A stretch of DNA of 61,056 nt from a bacterium (GTDB lineage: Bacteria > Desulfobacterota > DSWW01). Made by a program: the position numbers and the translations under genes. The stretch covers positions 1 through 61,056 of the forward strand of contig WFRX01000097.1 in NCBI GenBank assembly GCA_015486285.1. The letters are read 5' to 3'. This document shows positions 18,615 to 27,053 of this stretch, one piece after another (within the stretch, counting starts at the first letter, position 1; the number at the start of each line of letters is the position of its first letter). The notes under the pieces were generated by a model. It was not told where the DNA came from, searched no databases, and was given only the letters and a program-made list of their open reading frames with translations.

Positions 18615-20573
18615 TCATCCCTCATCATCGCCTTTTTCCTGCTTGGGCTGCTCTCCCCGATCCGGGAGGTCTGCAAGGGGAGAAATCCGCACAACCGCCT
18701 GGTACTGAGGCGGGCAGGCGTCCACGCAGGCACCGCATTGAATACACAAGGCCTGGTCGATCACCTTGATCCTCTTCGCGTTCACCCAGATCGCCTCGGT
18801 CGGACAGCTGCCCACACACGCATCGCAGCTCCGTTCGCACTTGTCCGGGAGAATGTAGTGGGCGGTCAGTGCGGTGCACACCTTGGCGGGACACCTCTTC
18901 TCCAGAACGTGGGCCTCATACTCGTCCCGGAAGTGCCGTATCGTGGTCAGGATCGGGTTCGGAGCGGTCTTCCCCAGATTGCACAGGGACCCCAGGCGGA
19001 TATCCTCTGCAAGCGATTCGAGGAGATCCAACTGCTCCATCGAGCCCTCGCCCCGACAGATGTCTTCGAGAATCACGAGCATCTGTTGCGTCCCGATCCG
19101 GCAGAAGGTGCACTTGCCGCAGGATTCCTTCTGGGTGAAGTCCAGGAAGAATCGCGCGGTCTCGACCATGCAGTTGCCTTCATCCAGGACCACCATACCC
19201 CCTGAACCCATCATCGCGCCCGCTTCCCTGAGGGACTTGAACCCGATGGGCGTATCCAGGAGGGACTCCGGAAGACATCCGCCGGAAGGACCTCCGATCT
19301 GAACCGCCTTGAAGCGCTTTCCGTCCGGGATCCCGCCCCCCATCTCGAAGACAAGCTGTCGAAGCGAAGTGCCCATGGGCACCTCGACCAGGCCCGTGTT
19401 CATCACCTTCCCTGCCAGTGCGAAAACCGTCGTTCCCCTCGTCGATCCCACCCCAAGCCGCTCAAAGGCCTCCCACCCTTCCTCCAGGATCCGCTGAACA
19501 CTGGCAAAGGTCTTTACGTTGTTGATGACCGTGGGCCGCCCGTAAAGGCCCCGGTCCGCCGGATACGGGGGCCTCAGGCGCGGCATGCCCCGCCGGCCTT
19601 CAATGGAGGCTATCAGGGCGGTCTCTTCGCCGCAGACAAAGGCGCCCGCCGCCTCGAAAACCTCGAGGCGAAGGCCAAGCCCGCTTCCCAGGATATTTTC
19701 GCCGAGAAGGCCCGCCTCCTCTGCCTGCCCGATCGCCTTGCGCACCCTTTCAACGGCCAGCGGATACTCGGCCCGGACATAGATCTTCCCGATCGATGCT
19801 CCCACCGCCCACGCGCAGATCGCCATGCCTTCCAGGATGCTGTGGGGGTCCCCTTCCAGGAGCGACCGATCCATGAACGCGCCCGGATCCCCTTCGTCCG
19901 CGTTGCAGATGACGATCTTCTCCGGCCCCGGAGACTGCCTACATGCCTGCCATTTCCTCCAGGTTTCGAAGCCCGCGCCCCCGAGCCCCTTGAGCTTCGA
20001 GCGCTTGATCTCTTCGATCACCTCCTCGGGATCCATCCGGAGGGCCCTGGCCAGGCCGCCGTACACACCCGCGCGAACAGCACCATCGAAATCCTCCGGA
20101 TCGATGACCCCGCAGTGCTTGAGCAGGGACCGGTGTTCGTGGGCGCTTCGCGGAAAGTCCTTGAGGGCCGGAACGATCTCATGGGGCTCCAGGCCCCCCA
20201 GGAGGTACTCGAAACACGGGTCGTCCTCACCGAGGAACCGCTGGATGAGGACCTTGGCGATCCCGGGGTTTACGGTTCCGTACAGAATCGGGGGCCAGCC
20301 TTCCTTGTGGATCGTCACCAAAGGCTCGGCATAGCAATGCCCGTTGCAGCCCACCTCCACCACCCGGCCGGCCATATCCCGCGCATCCAATTCCTCCCGG
20401 ATCGCCGCCAGGGTCTCGAGCGCCCCTGCCGCGCGGCCGCACGTGGCGGTCCCGACCTGAATGATCGGGAGTTGATCCTTGGCTTCCGCCTCGCAACGGT
20501 CCACGGCGCCTTGCCTCAACAGGGCATAGGCCTCCCGTACCCTCCCGCCTCTATCGGATTCCTTTGCGTCCAT
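18615..20573 (-). CDS. NuoF-like NAD(H)-binding flavoprotein with N-terminal thioredoxin-like domain and C-terminal 2x[4Fe-4S] (HydB/HndC/HoxF type)
   Basis: GLGGAGF (FMN/NADH), NADEGDPGAF, CGKCTFCRIG..SLCNLG (N3 cluster), and C-terminal CDACVGSCP / CIQCGACVDACP. Confidence 0.9.
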   Translation of the reverse strand: MDAKESDRGGRVREAYALLRQGAVDRCEAEAKDQLPIIQVGTATCGRAAGALETLAAIREELDARDMAGRVVEVGCNGHCYAEPLVTIHKEGWPPILYGTVNPGIAKVLIQRFLGEDDPCFEYLLGGLEPHEIVPALKDFPRSAHEHRSLLKHCGVIDPEDFDGAVRAGVYGGLARALRMDPEEVIEEIKRSKLKGLGGAGFETWRKWQACRQSPGPEKIVICNADEGDPGAFMDRSLLEGDPHSILEGMAICAWAVGASIGKIYVRAEYPLAVERVRKAIGQAEEAGLLGENILGSGLGLRLEVFEAAGAFVCGEETALIASIEGRRGMPRLRPPYPADRGLYGRPTVINNVKTFASVQRILEEGWEAFERLGVGSTRGTTVFALAGKVMNTGLVEVPMGTSLRQLVFEMGGGIPDGKRFKAVQIGGPSGGCLPESLLDTPIGFKSLREAGAMMGSGGMVVLDEGNCMVETARFFLDFTQKESCGKCTFCRIGTQQMLVILEDICRGEGSMEQLDLLESLAEDIRLGSLCNLGKTAPNPILTTIRHFRDEYEAHVLEKRCPAKVCTALTAHYILPDKCERSCDACVGSCPTEAIWVNAKRIKVIDQALCIQCGACVDACPPQYQAVVRISPLADLPDRGEQPKQEKGDDEG

Positions 20574-20907
20574 AAACAGTCCATTCCTTCGTTACGAGCC
20601 GTCTCCCGGCCCAATGTGTCACGGGATCCCCACCTGCGCGGTATGACGATGCGTCCGAGGCTCGGGTCGACCCTCTTCCATCGGACTCCGCGCCTGCGCG
20701 GCATGACAGCATTTGCGGCACGTTGCGCGATGGCGGACATTGCGAGCGCAGCGAAGCAATCTCCCGGCGTATTGCGCCTTTCCCCATGGAGCCGGGGGAT
20801 TGCCGCGTCGCCTCCGGCTCCTCGCAATATCCGGAGGGTGCCGATAGACTCCCGGGAACCCATTGCCCGGCTGTTCCGGTCCCTTTGCCCGGCTCAACCA
20901 TCTCGCC
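20574..20907. repeat. mosaic of REP-like palindromic elements (two families) filling the nuoE-nuoF intergenic gap
   Basis: Family 'GTCAT.CCGCGCAGG..GGATCC' occurs at 20624-20647 and 20683-20707. Family 'GGACATTGC..GCAATCTCCCGG' occurs at 20735-20767 and, inverted, at 20794-20834. Confidence 0.75.
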
Positions 20908-21501
20908 CTAATCCCCGGATTCTTGTTTCTCTTGCTCGCGCTCCCTCTTTTCCGCAAGCTCGACGGCGAGCATAATCCCGTCCACGGTCGTGGGCGTCAT
21001 GTTTCCGTACACTTCCTCCCCCACAACCGCCACAGGGGCCATGGCGCAGCAACCCACACAGGCGACCCGGTCCAGGCTGTACAACCGGTCCTCGGTCACC
21101 TCCCCTTCGCTGATGCCCAGCTTCGTCTCCCATACATTGAGAATCGCGTTTCCGCCCTTGATGTGGCAGGCGGTTCCCATACACATCTTCACAGGATGTT
21201 TCCCCGGCGGGATCATGCGGAACTGATTGTAAAAAGAGGCGACACCAAAAACGGCGGCCGGGGAAATCTCTTTTGCCCGCGCCACTTCGATCATGGCCTC
21301 CCGGGGAAGGTATCCAAAGTGTCTCTGGACCTTCTGCAAAAGGGTAACCAGGCTGGTATTCCTCAAATCCGTAGATTCGAGAATCCCCCTCATCTCCTGC
21401 AGGACGTCCAACTCGTCTTCCACTGCTTGCGCCATAGCTTCCCCACTGATCTGCGAATCAACGAAACGGATTGAATTGTTCAGTATAGCATTTTTCGCCA
21501 C
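20908..21501 (-). CDS. NuoE-like thioredoxin-fold [2Fe-2S] subunit (HydC/HndA/HoxE type)
   Basis: CMGTACHIKG..(36)..CVGCCAMAP is the NuoE Cx4C..Cx3C pattern. The GTG start at 21501 has a GGGGGAGA SD; an alternative ATG lies at 21435. Confidence 0.9.
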   Translation of the reverse strand: MAKNAILNNSIRFVDSQISGEAMAQAVEDELDVLQEMRGILESTDLRNTSLVTLLQKVQRHFGYLPREAMIEVARAKEISPAAVFGVASFYNQFRMIPPGKHPVKMCMGTACHIKGGNAILNVWETKLGISEGEVTEDRLYSLDRVACVGCCAMAPVAVVGEEVYGNMTPTTVDGIMLAVELAEKREREQEKQESGD

Positions 21502-22088
21502 TGCTTTTCATCTCCCCCGTGACACTTTTCCCCTTGGTCCTTCTTCCCTTCACCCTTTCAGGAGGACCGGTGCTGGTTCCCGATTACCCCTGGCGCGGAC
21601 ACGGCAAGCGGGGCGAAGCAATCTCCCGGAACCGTGTAACACCGCAATCCCCGAAGGGGTCATTCCCCCAATCTTGAGACACGCAATGATGGGGAGGCAG
21701 GGCACGCCTCGGGGTTGGGAGATTGCTTCGATCGCCTCCGGCTCCTCGCAATGTCCGCCAACGGACAGCGGAACGCCCGCAAGCGACCATAGGAAGCGAT
21801 CCATTTCATAGGGACAGGGGAACATCCACAAACGGCCATACGCAGCGCCCCAGCACGTACGGACATTGCCAGCGAAGCAATGTCCGCCAACGGACAGGGG
21901 AACGTCCCAAGCGGCCATACACAGCGCTCCATTATGTACGGACATTGCGAGCGAAGCGAAGCAATCTCCCGGTCCATTGCGCCTTTCCCTTGACATAACC
22001 GGCGATTCTCCCTAGCTTATTAGGCTGTCCAGCGACCCCCTGAAAACGGGCTTCTCACACGCCTCCCGGCTAATTCACAGGATCGCAC
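21502..22088. repeat. REP-like element cluster with degenerate tandem units
   Basis: Palindromes occur at 21613-21629 (partial), 21717-21756, 21861-21885 (perfect GGACATTGC-cagcgaa-GCAATGTCC) and 21940-21972. Between them are three degenerate ~55-bp units (GGACAG.GGAAC.TCC..AA.CGGCCATAC.CAGCG). A solo arm resembling the hairpin family lies at 21569-21590 (GGTGCTGGTTCCCGATTACCCC). Confidence 0.7.
21990..22018 (+). promoter_or_regulatory. candidate sigma-70 promoter (TTGACA-17-TAGCTT) upstream of panE
   Basis: Perfect -35 hexamer ~95 nt upstream of the panE ATG; the -10 is weak. Pattern match only. Confidence 0.3.
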
Positions 22089-23021
22089 ATGCGCATTGCG
22101 ATAGCGGGCACGGGCGCCATGGGCCTCCTGTTCGCCCATCTGCTCTCCCGGGACGAAGGTTCGGAAATCTGGCTGATCGACATCCACCCGGACCGGGCGG
22201 CGAAGATCCGGGAGGAAGGCCTCTTTGTGGAGGGCGTCAGCGGAGAACATCACCTGCACCCCCGGATTACCGTGCGTCCCGGGGAGATCGGGAGGGTGGA
22301 TCTCGTCATCCTCTACGTAAAGGCCCCGGACACCTTCGAGGCCGCCCGGAACGTAAGCCCCCTGCTGGGTCCTGACACGGGTGTCCTGACCCTGCAGAAC
22401 GGCCTCGGCAACATCGAAGCGATCGAACAGGCGGTGGGTGCGGGCCGGGCGTTCGGGGGCACGACTTCCATGGGCGCAACGGTACTCGCTCCGAACCGTA
22501 TCCGACACGCCGGATGGGGCGAAACGATCATCGGGGAACCGACCGGAGACAGGACGGATCGCGCAGAGGCGGTTCTCGATGTCTTCGGGCGCGCGGGCCT
22601 CGAGGCCGACTTCACCGACAATCTCCCCGGTCTTCTCTGGAGCAAGCTCATCATCAACGTAGGCATCAATGCGCTCACCGCGCTCACCCGCATCCACAAC
22701 GGCCGACTGATCGAACACGAAGGGACGAAGACCGTAATGAGGGCGGCCGTCGAGGAGGCCGCGCAGGTCGCCCGCGCTCTGGGAATCCGTTTGCTCTACG
22801 ACCGCCCTGTCGAAAAGGTGGAAGGGGTCTGCAAGTCGACCGCGGGCAATATCGCCTCCATGCTGCAGGATGTCTTGAGAGAGAGAAGGACCGAGATCGC
22901 GCAGATCAACGGGGCCGTGGTGCGCGAGGCGGTCCGGGTCGGAGTCCCCACGCCGGTGAACGAAACGTTGCTCGGGCTGGTCAGGACATTGGAAGAGACG
23001 TACGCGAACCGTATCCATTGA
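22089..23021 (+). CDS. panE: 2-dehydropantoate 2-reductase
   Basis: N-terminal Rossmann motif MRIAIAGTGAMG and ApbA/PanE-like central and C-terminal regions (LQNG, SMLQD..R.TE....G). Confidence 0.8.
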   Translation: MRIAIAGTGAMGLLFAHLLSRDEGSEIWLIDIHPDRAAKIREEGLFVEGVSGEHHLHPRITVRPGEIGRVDLVILYVKAPDTFEAARNVSPLLGPDTGVLTLQNGLGNIEAIEQAVGAGRAFGGTTSMGATVLAPNRIRHAGWGETIIGEPTGDRTDRAEAVLDVFGRAGLEADFTDNLPGLLWSKLIINVGINALTALTRIHNGRLIEHEGTKTVMRAAVEEAAQVARALGIRLLYDRPVEKVEGVCKSTAGNIASMLQDVLRERRTEIAQINGAVVREAVRVGVPTPVNETLLGLVRTLEETYANRIH

Positions 23022-23035
23022 AGGAACGAAATCTC

Positions 23036-26035
23036 ATGGGCACACGGATCGAAGCCGCCATCCGACCGGACCTCCCGGACCCCCGGGGCAACCGGTTTCG
23101 CAAGCGTATCCGGGATGATTACGGCATCCGCGTCGACGCCATCCGGATCCTCGACGTTTACCACGTGGACAAAGACCTGGACGAGGAAAACCTGGAACGA
23201 TGCCGCCGCGAGCTGTTCACCGACCCGGTCACCCAGCATTCCTCCCTGGGACCTCTTCCCGGCAAGGCCTTCGACTGGATCATCGAAATCGGCTTTCTTC
23301 CGGGCGTCACGGACAATGTGGGGCACACTTCCCGGGAGGCGGTCGAGGACCTGCTGGGCATCTCCTTTCAGCCGGGCGAGTCGGTCTATTCGGCGGAGCA
23401 GATTCTGCTCGTGGGCGCCCTGACCGAGGACCAGGTGCGGAAGATCGCCTCAATCCGGCACAACCCCCTGATCCAGCGGGCGTGGATCCAGTGCCGCGCG
23501 GACTGGGAGCGGGACCCGATCGACGGCCGGTTCTACGCGCCCAAGGTCCGCCTCGCGCCGAGCAGGCGGATCGACACGGTCGACCTGAACGTGGACGACA
23601 AGGAACTCGCCCGTCTGGGCAGGGAGGGCATCCTCGATCCCGGGGAAGACGGCCGGGGGGCCGCCCGGGGACCGCTGGCCCTGGATGTGCCGACATTGAA
23701 GGTCATCCGGGACCACTTCAACCGTCTCGGGAGAGACCCGACGGACATTGAGCTGGAGTCGATCGCTCAGACCTGGTCCGAACACTGCAAGCACAATATC
23801 TTCGCCGCCCGCATCGACGAAGTCGACAGCCTGTACAAGACTTACATCCAGGGCGCAACCCGGAAGATCCGGGAACGGCTGGGCAACGACGACTGGTGCC
23901 TGTCCGTCTTCCGGGACAACTCCGGCGTCATCCGCCTGAACCGGGACTGGAGCGTCTGCTACAAGGTGGAAACCCACAACAGCCCTTCCGCGCTGGATCC
24001 GTACGGCGGGGCGATCACCGGGATCGTCGGCGTGAACCGGGATCCCCTCGGCACCGGCATGGGAGCCCGGCTCATCGTAAACACCTACGGGTTCTGTTTC
24101 GGGGACCCCTATTACGTGGGAAGCCCTTACTACCGTCTGCCGGGGCGCAGGGATCCCGTGCTCCACCCGAAGGTGATCTTCGAGGGGGTCCGCGAAGGCG
24201 TGGAGCACGGGGGGAACAAGAGCGGGATCCCGACGGCCTGGGGCTTCCTCACCTTTGATCCCCGCTACATGGGCAAGCCCCTCGTGTTCGTCGGCACGGT
24301 GGGGCTCCTGCCGGCCACCCTTCATGGAAGGCCTTCCCACGAGAAGGGCGCGCAACCCGGGGACCGGATCATCATGGCCGGGGGCCGGGTGGGCAAGGAC
24401 GGCATCCACGGGGCGACCTTTTCCTCCGAGGCGATGCATGCCGGCAGCCCGGCGACAGCGGTCCAGATCGGCGACCCGATCACCCAGAAAAAGCTGGCGG
24501 ACGCCCAGATCGAGATCCGGGACCTGGGGCTCTACCACTCCGTGACCGACAACGGGGCGGGCGGGCTCTCCTGCTCGGTGGCGGAAATGGCCCGGGAGTG
24601 CGGCGGATGCACGGTTGTGCTCGACCGGGTGCCGATCAAGTACGAGGGGCTGCTTCCTTACGAAACCTGGATCAGCGAGTCCCAGGAACGGATGACCTAC
24701 GCGGTTCCTCCGCAGAACGTAGACGGCTTCTGCGACCTGATGCGGCGAAGGGGGGTAGAGGCCACCGTGATCGGGGAATTCACGGACGACGGCCGTTGCG
24801 TCGTCGAGTTCGAGGGGCGCCGCATCATGGACCTGGACATGGAGTTCCTCCACGACGGGGTCCCGCAAAAGGTTCTAAAGACCACCTATACCGCACCGGA
24901 CCACCCGGAGCCGGAGTTTCCGGAACCCGAAGACCCCGCCGGGACCCTGGGGCGGATGCTCGGCCGGCTGAACCTCTGCAGCAAGGAGTATGTGGTCCGC
25001 CAGTTCGACCACGAAGTTCAGGCCGGCTCGGTCATCAAGCCCCTTGTGGGAAGATATCAGGACGTGGCGAGCGATGCGGCGGTCGTCCGTCCCCTGCTCG
25101 ACCGGACGGACGGCATCGGTCTCTCCCACAGCCTGTATCCCGCCTACGGGGATATCGACCCGTACTGGATGGCCGCCTGCGCAATCGACACGGCGATTCG
25201 AAACCTGGTGGCCGTGGGCGCTGTGCCGGAACGAATCGCTCTGCTGGATAACTTCTGCTGGTGCAGCTCGGACGATCCGGAGCGACTCGGCCAGCTCAAG
25301 CGCGCCGCCCGGGCCTGCTACGATTTCGCTGTTGCCTACGGCACGCCCTTCATCTCGGGCAAAGACAGCATGTACAACGATTTCAAAGGGTTCGACGAAG
25401 ACGACCGGCCCGTGAAAATCTCCGTGCCCCCTACCCTGCTGATCAGCTCTCTGGGCATCCTGGAAGATGTGACCCGGAGCGTCACCCTGGACGCCAAGAT
25501 GCCGGAAGACAGGCTCTACCTCCTGGGCACGACCCGGGACGAGCTGGGAGCCTCGGAGTATTACGCCCTGGCGGGCGAGGCCCTGGAAGGGGAACGGTTC
25601 ATCGGCAAGCGCGTCCCCACCGTGGACGCCGACTCGAACGCGGCCGTCTACCGGGCCCTTCACCGGGCGATCCGCCAGGGGCTCGTCTCCGCTGCGGCGA
25701 GCCTGGGGCAGGGCGGCCTGGCCGTGGCCGCCTCCAAGATGGCCCTGGCAGGGGACCTCGGGATGGAGATCGACCTGTCCGCCGTGGCCGTCGAGCCGGG
25801 GGGCCTGCGCGCCGACCGGATCCTGTATTCCGAATCCCAGGGCAGGATCCTGGTTGCGGTAGCCCCGGAAAACGAGGACCCATTCCTTGCCGGCTTCGAG
25901 GGGCTCGCCTGCCGGCTTGTAGGCCGCATCCATGAGGAGGCCTTCCTGCGGATCCGGGGCGCGGACGGGGCCCCCTATCTCGAGCAAAGTCTCGAGAATT
26001 TGCGGGAGGCGTACAAGAAGACTCTCTGGTGGTAA
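23036..26035 (+). CDS. purL: phosphoribosylformylglycinamidine synthase subunit PurL (long ~1000-aa form with PurS-like N-terminal region)
   Basis: WSEHCKH, ETHNSPSA, DPYGGA and the duplicated AIR-synthase-like halves are present. The ATG at 23036 lies 14 nt after the panE stop. The track ORF start (22514) overlaps panE in an Arg-rich frame. Confidence 0.9.
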   Translation: MGTRIEAAIRPDLPDPRGNRFRKRIRDDYGIRVDAIRILDVYHVDKDLDEENLERCRRELFTDPVTQHSSLGPLPGKAFDWIIEIGFLPGVTDNVGHTSREAVEDLLGISFQPGESVYSAEQILLVGALTEDQVRKIASIRHNPLIQRAWIQCRADWERDPIDGRFYAPKVRLAPSRRIDTVDLNVDDKELARLGREGILDPGEDGRGAARGPLALDVPTLKVIRDHFNRLGRDPTDIELESIAQTWSEHCKHNIFAARIDEVDSLYKTYIQGATRKIRERLGNDDWCLSVFRDNSGVIRLNRDWSVCYKVETHNSPSALDPYGGAITGIVGVNRDPLGTGMGARLIVNTYGFCFGDPYYVGSPYYRLPGRRDPVLHPKVIFEGVREGVEHGGNKSGIPTAWGFLTFDPRYMGKPLVFVGTVGLLPATLHGRPSHEKGAQPGDRIIMAGGRVGKDGIHGATFSSEAMHAGSPATAVQIGDPITQKKLADAQIEIRDLGLYHSVTDNGAGGLSCSVAEMARECGGCTVVLDRVPIKYEGLLPYETWISESQERMTYAVPPQNVDGFCDLMRRRGVEATVIGEFTDDGRCVVEFEGRRIMDLDMEFLHDGVPQKVLKTTYTAPDHPEPEFPEPEDPAGTLGRMLGRLNLCSKEYVVRQFDHEVQAGSVIKPLVGRYQDVASDAAVVRPLLDRTDGIGLSHSLYPAYGDIDPYWMAACAIDTAIRNLVAVGAVPERIALLDNFCWCSSDDPERLGQLKRAARACYDFAVAYGTPFISGKDSMYNDFKGFDEDDRPVKISVPPTLLISSLGILEDVTRSVTLDAKMPEDRLYLLGTTRDELGASEYYALAGEALEGERFIGKRVPTVDADSNAAVYRALHRAIRQGLVSAAASLGQGGLAVAASKMALAGDLGMEIDLSAVAVEPGGLRADRILYSESQGRILVAVAPENEDPFLAGFEGLACRLVGRIHEEAFLRIRGADGAPYLEQSLENLREAYKKTLWW

Positions 26036-26056
26036 GCACATAGGAAAGAAGCGAAA

Positions 26057-26866
26057 ATGGCCGTTCCAAGAGCGCTTGTCTTGACAGGATACGGGATCAA
26101 CTGCGACCGGGAAACCGCCTTTGCCTTTGAACAGGCCGGCGCGGAGGCCCGGCGGGTGCATGTGAACGACCTGATCGACGGGCACGACCGCCTGGACCGC
26201 TACCAGATCCTCTCGTTTCCGGGCGGGTTCTCGTACGGAGACGACATTGCTTCGGGCAAGGTCCTGGCCAACCGGGTGAAGACCCATCTGGACGACGCGA
26301 TCCAGCGGTTCATCGAGGGAGGAGGGCTCGTGCTGGGGATCTGCAACGGCTTCCAGGTGATGGTCAAATACGGCCTCCTCGGATCCCCGCAGGGGGTGGT
26401 GGAGGCGCAGCGGTCCACCCTGACGTACAACGACTCGAGCCGCTATGAAGACCGATGGGTTCATCTCCTCCCTGAAAAGGGGCGTTGCGTGTTCACTCGT
26501 GGGATCGAGAAACTCTACCTGCCCGTTGCCCACGGGGAGGGGAAGTTCTTCACCGACCCCGGCACGCTGGCAGGGCTCGAGGCGGCCGGCTGTGTCGTCC
26601 TTCGTTACGCGGACGAGGAAGGGCGGGCCGCGGGAGGCCGCTTCCCGTGGAACCCGAACGGGTCGTTGAACGACATTGCCGGCGTCTGCGACCCGTCGGG
26701 CCGGGTCTTCGGGCTGATGCCCCACCCGGAGAGACATCTGCACTTCACCCAGCACCCCCTCTGGACGCAGCTCGCAGAGGAATGCAGGCGGGCGGGAAGG
26801 CGCCTGCCCGAGGAGGGACACGGCATGGCCATCTTCCGCAACGCGGTCACGTATTTCACGGACTAG
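26057..26866 (+). CDS. purQ: phosphoribosylformylglycinamidine synthase glutaminase subunit PurQ
   Basis: GATase-1 motifs (GICNGFQ with catalytic Cys; MPHPER). It immediately follows purL. Confidence 0.9.
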   Translation: MAVPRALVLTGYGINCDRETAFAFEQAGAEARRVHVNDLIDGHDRLDRYQILSFPGGFSYGDDIASGKVLANRVKTHLDDAIQRFIEGGGLVLGICNGFQVMVKYGLLGSPQGVVEAQRSTLTYNDSSRYEDRWVHLLPEKGRCVFTRGIEKLYLPVAHGEGKFFTDPGTLAGLEAAGCVVLRYADEEGRAAGGRFPWNPNGSLNDIAGVCDPSGRVFGLMPHPERHLHFTQHPLWTQLAEECRRAGRRLPEEGHGMAIFRNAVTYFTD

Positions 26867-26911
26867 CGGTTTGACTTGCGAATACCACTATGATTCAGGA
26901 GTATCTCACTG

Positions 26912-27019
26912 TTCGGTGCTGTTCCCGATTCCCTCTCCGATTTGCTTGGGCTCCGTCTCCCCCTCTCCCGACAAAGTCGCCCGGCACAAATCTCCGAGGG
27001 AATCGGGAACAGCACCGAA
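26912..27019. repeat. long-hairpin repeat, copy A (conserved ~50-nt core, 24-bp perfect outer stem)
   Basis: TTCGGTGCTGTTCCCGATTCCCTC ... GAGGGAATCGGGAACAGCACCGAA flank the core GATTTGCTTGGGCTCCGTCTCCCCCTCTCCCGACAAAGTCGCCCGGCACAAATC. See findings. Confidence 0.85.
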
Positions 27020-27053
27020 AAACGCCGCCTCTGTCCGGAAACCACAGCGACGC

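Noticed and set aside
20516-21996. Small ORFs inside the REP mosaics (for example 20516-20863, 20723-20911, 21550-21996) translating to CFASLAMS / VIPRRWGS / EIASLRSQ-like peptides
   Set aside because: They are read-through translations of palindromic repeat elements in several frames and on both strands. No SD or coherent domain is present.
22514-23035. 174-codon N-terminal extension of the PurL ORF in the track (start 22514)
   Set aside because: It overlaps panE in another frame and is Arg/Gly-rich nonsense. The PurL-like sequence begins at the ATG at 23036, just after the panE stop.
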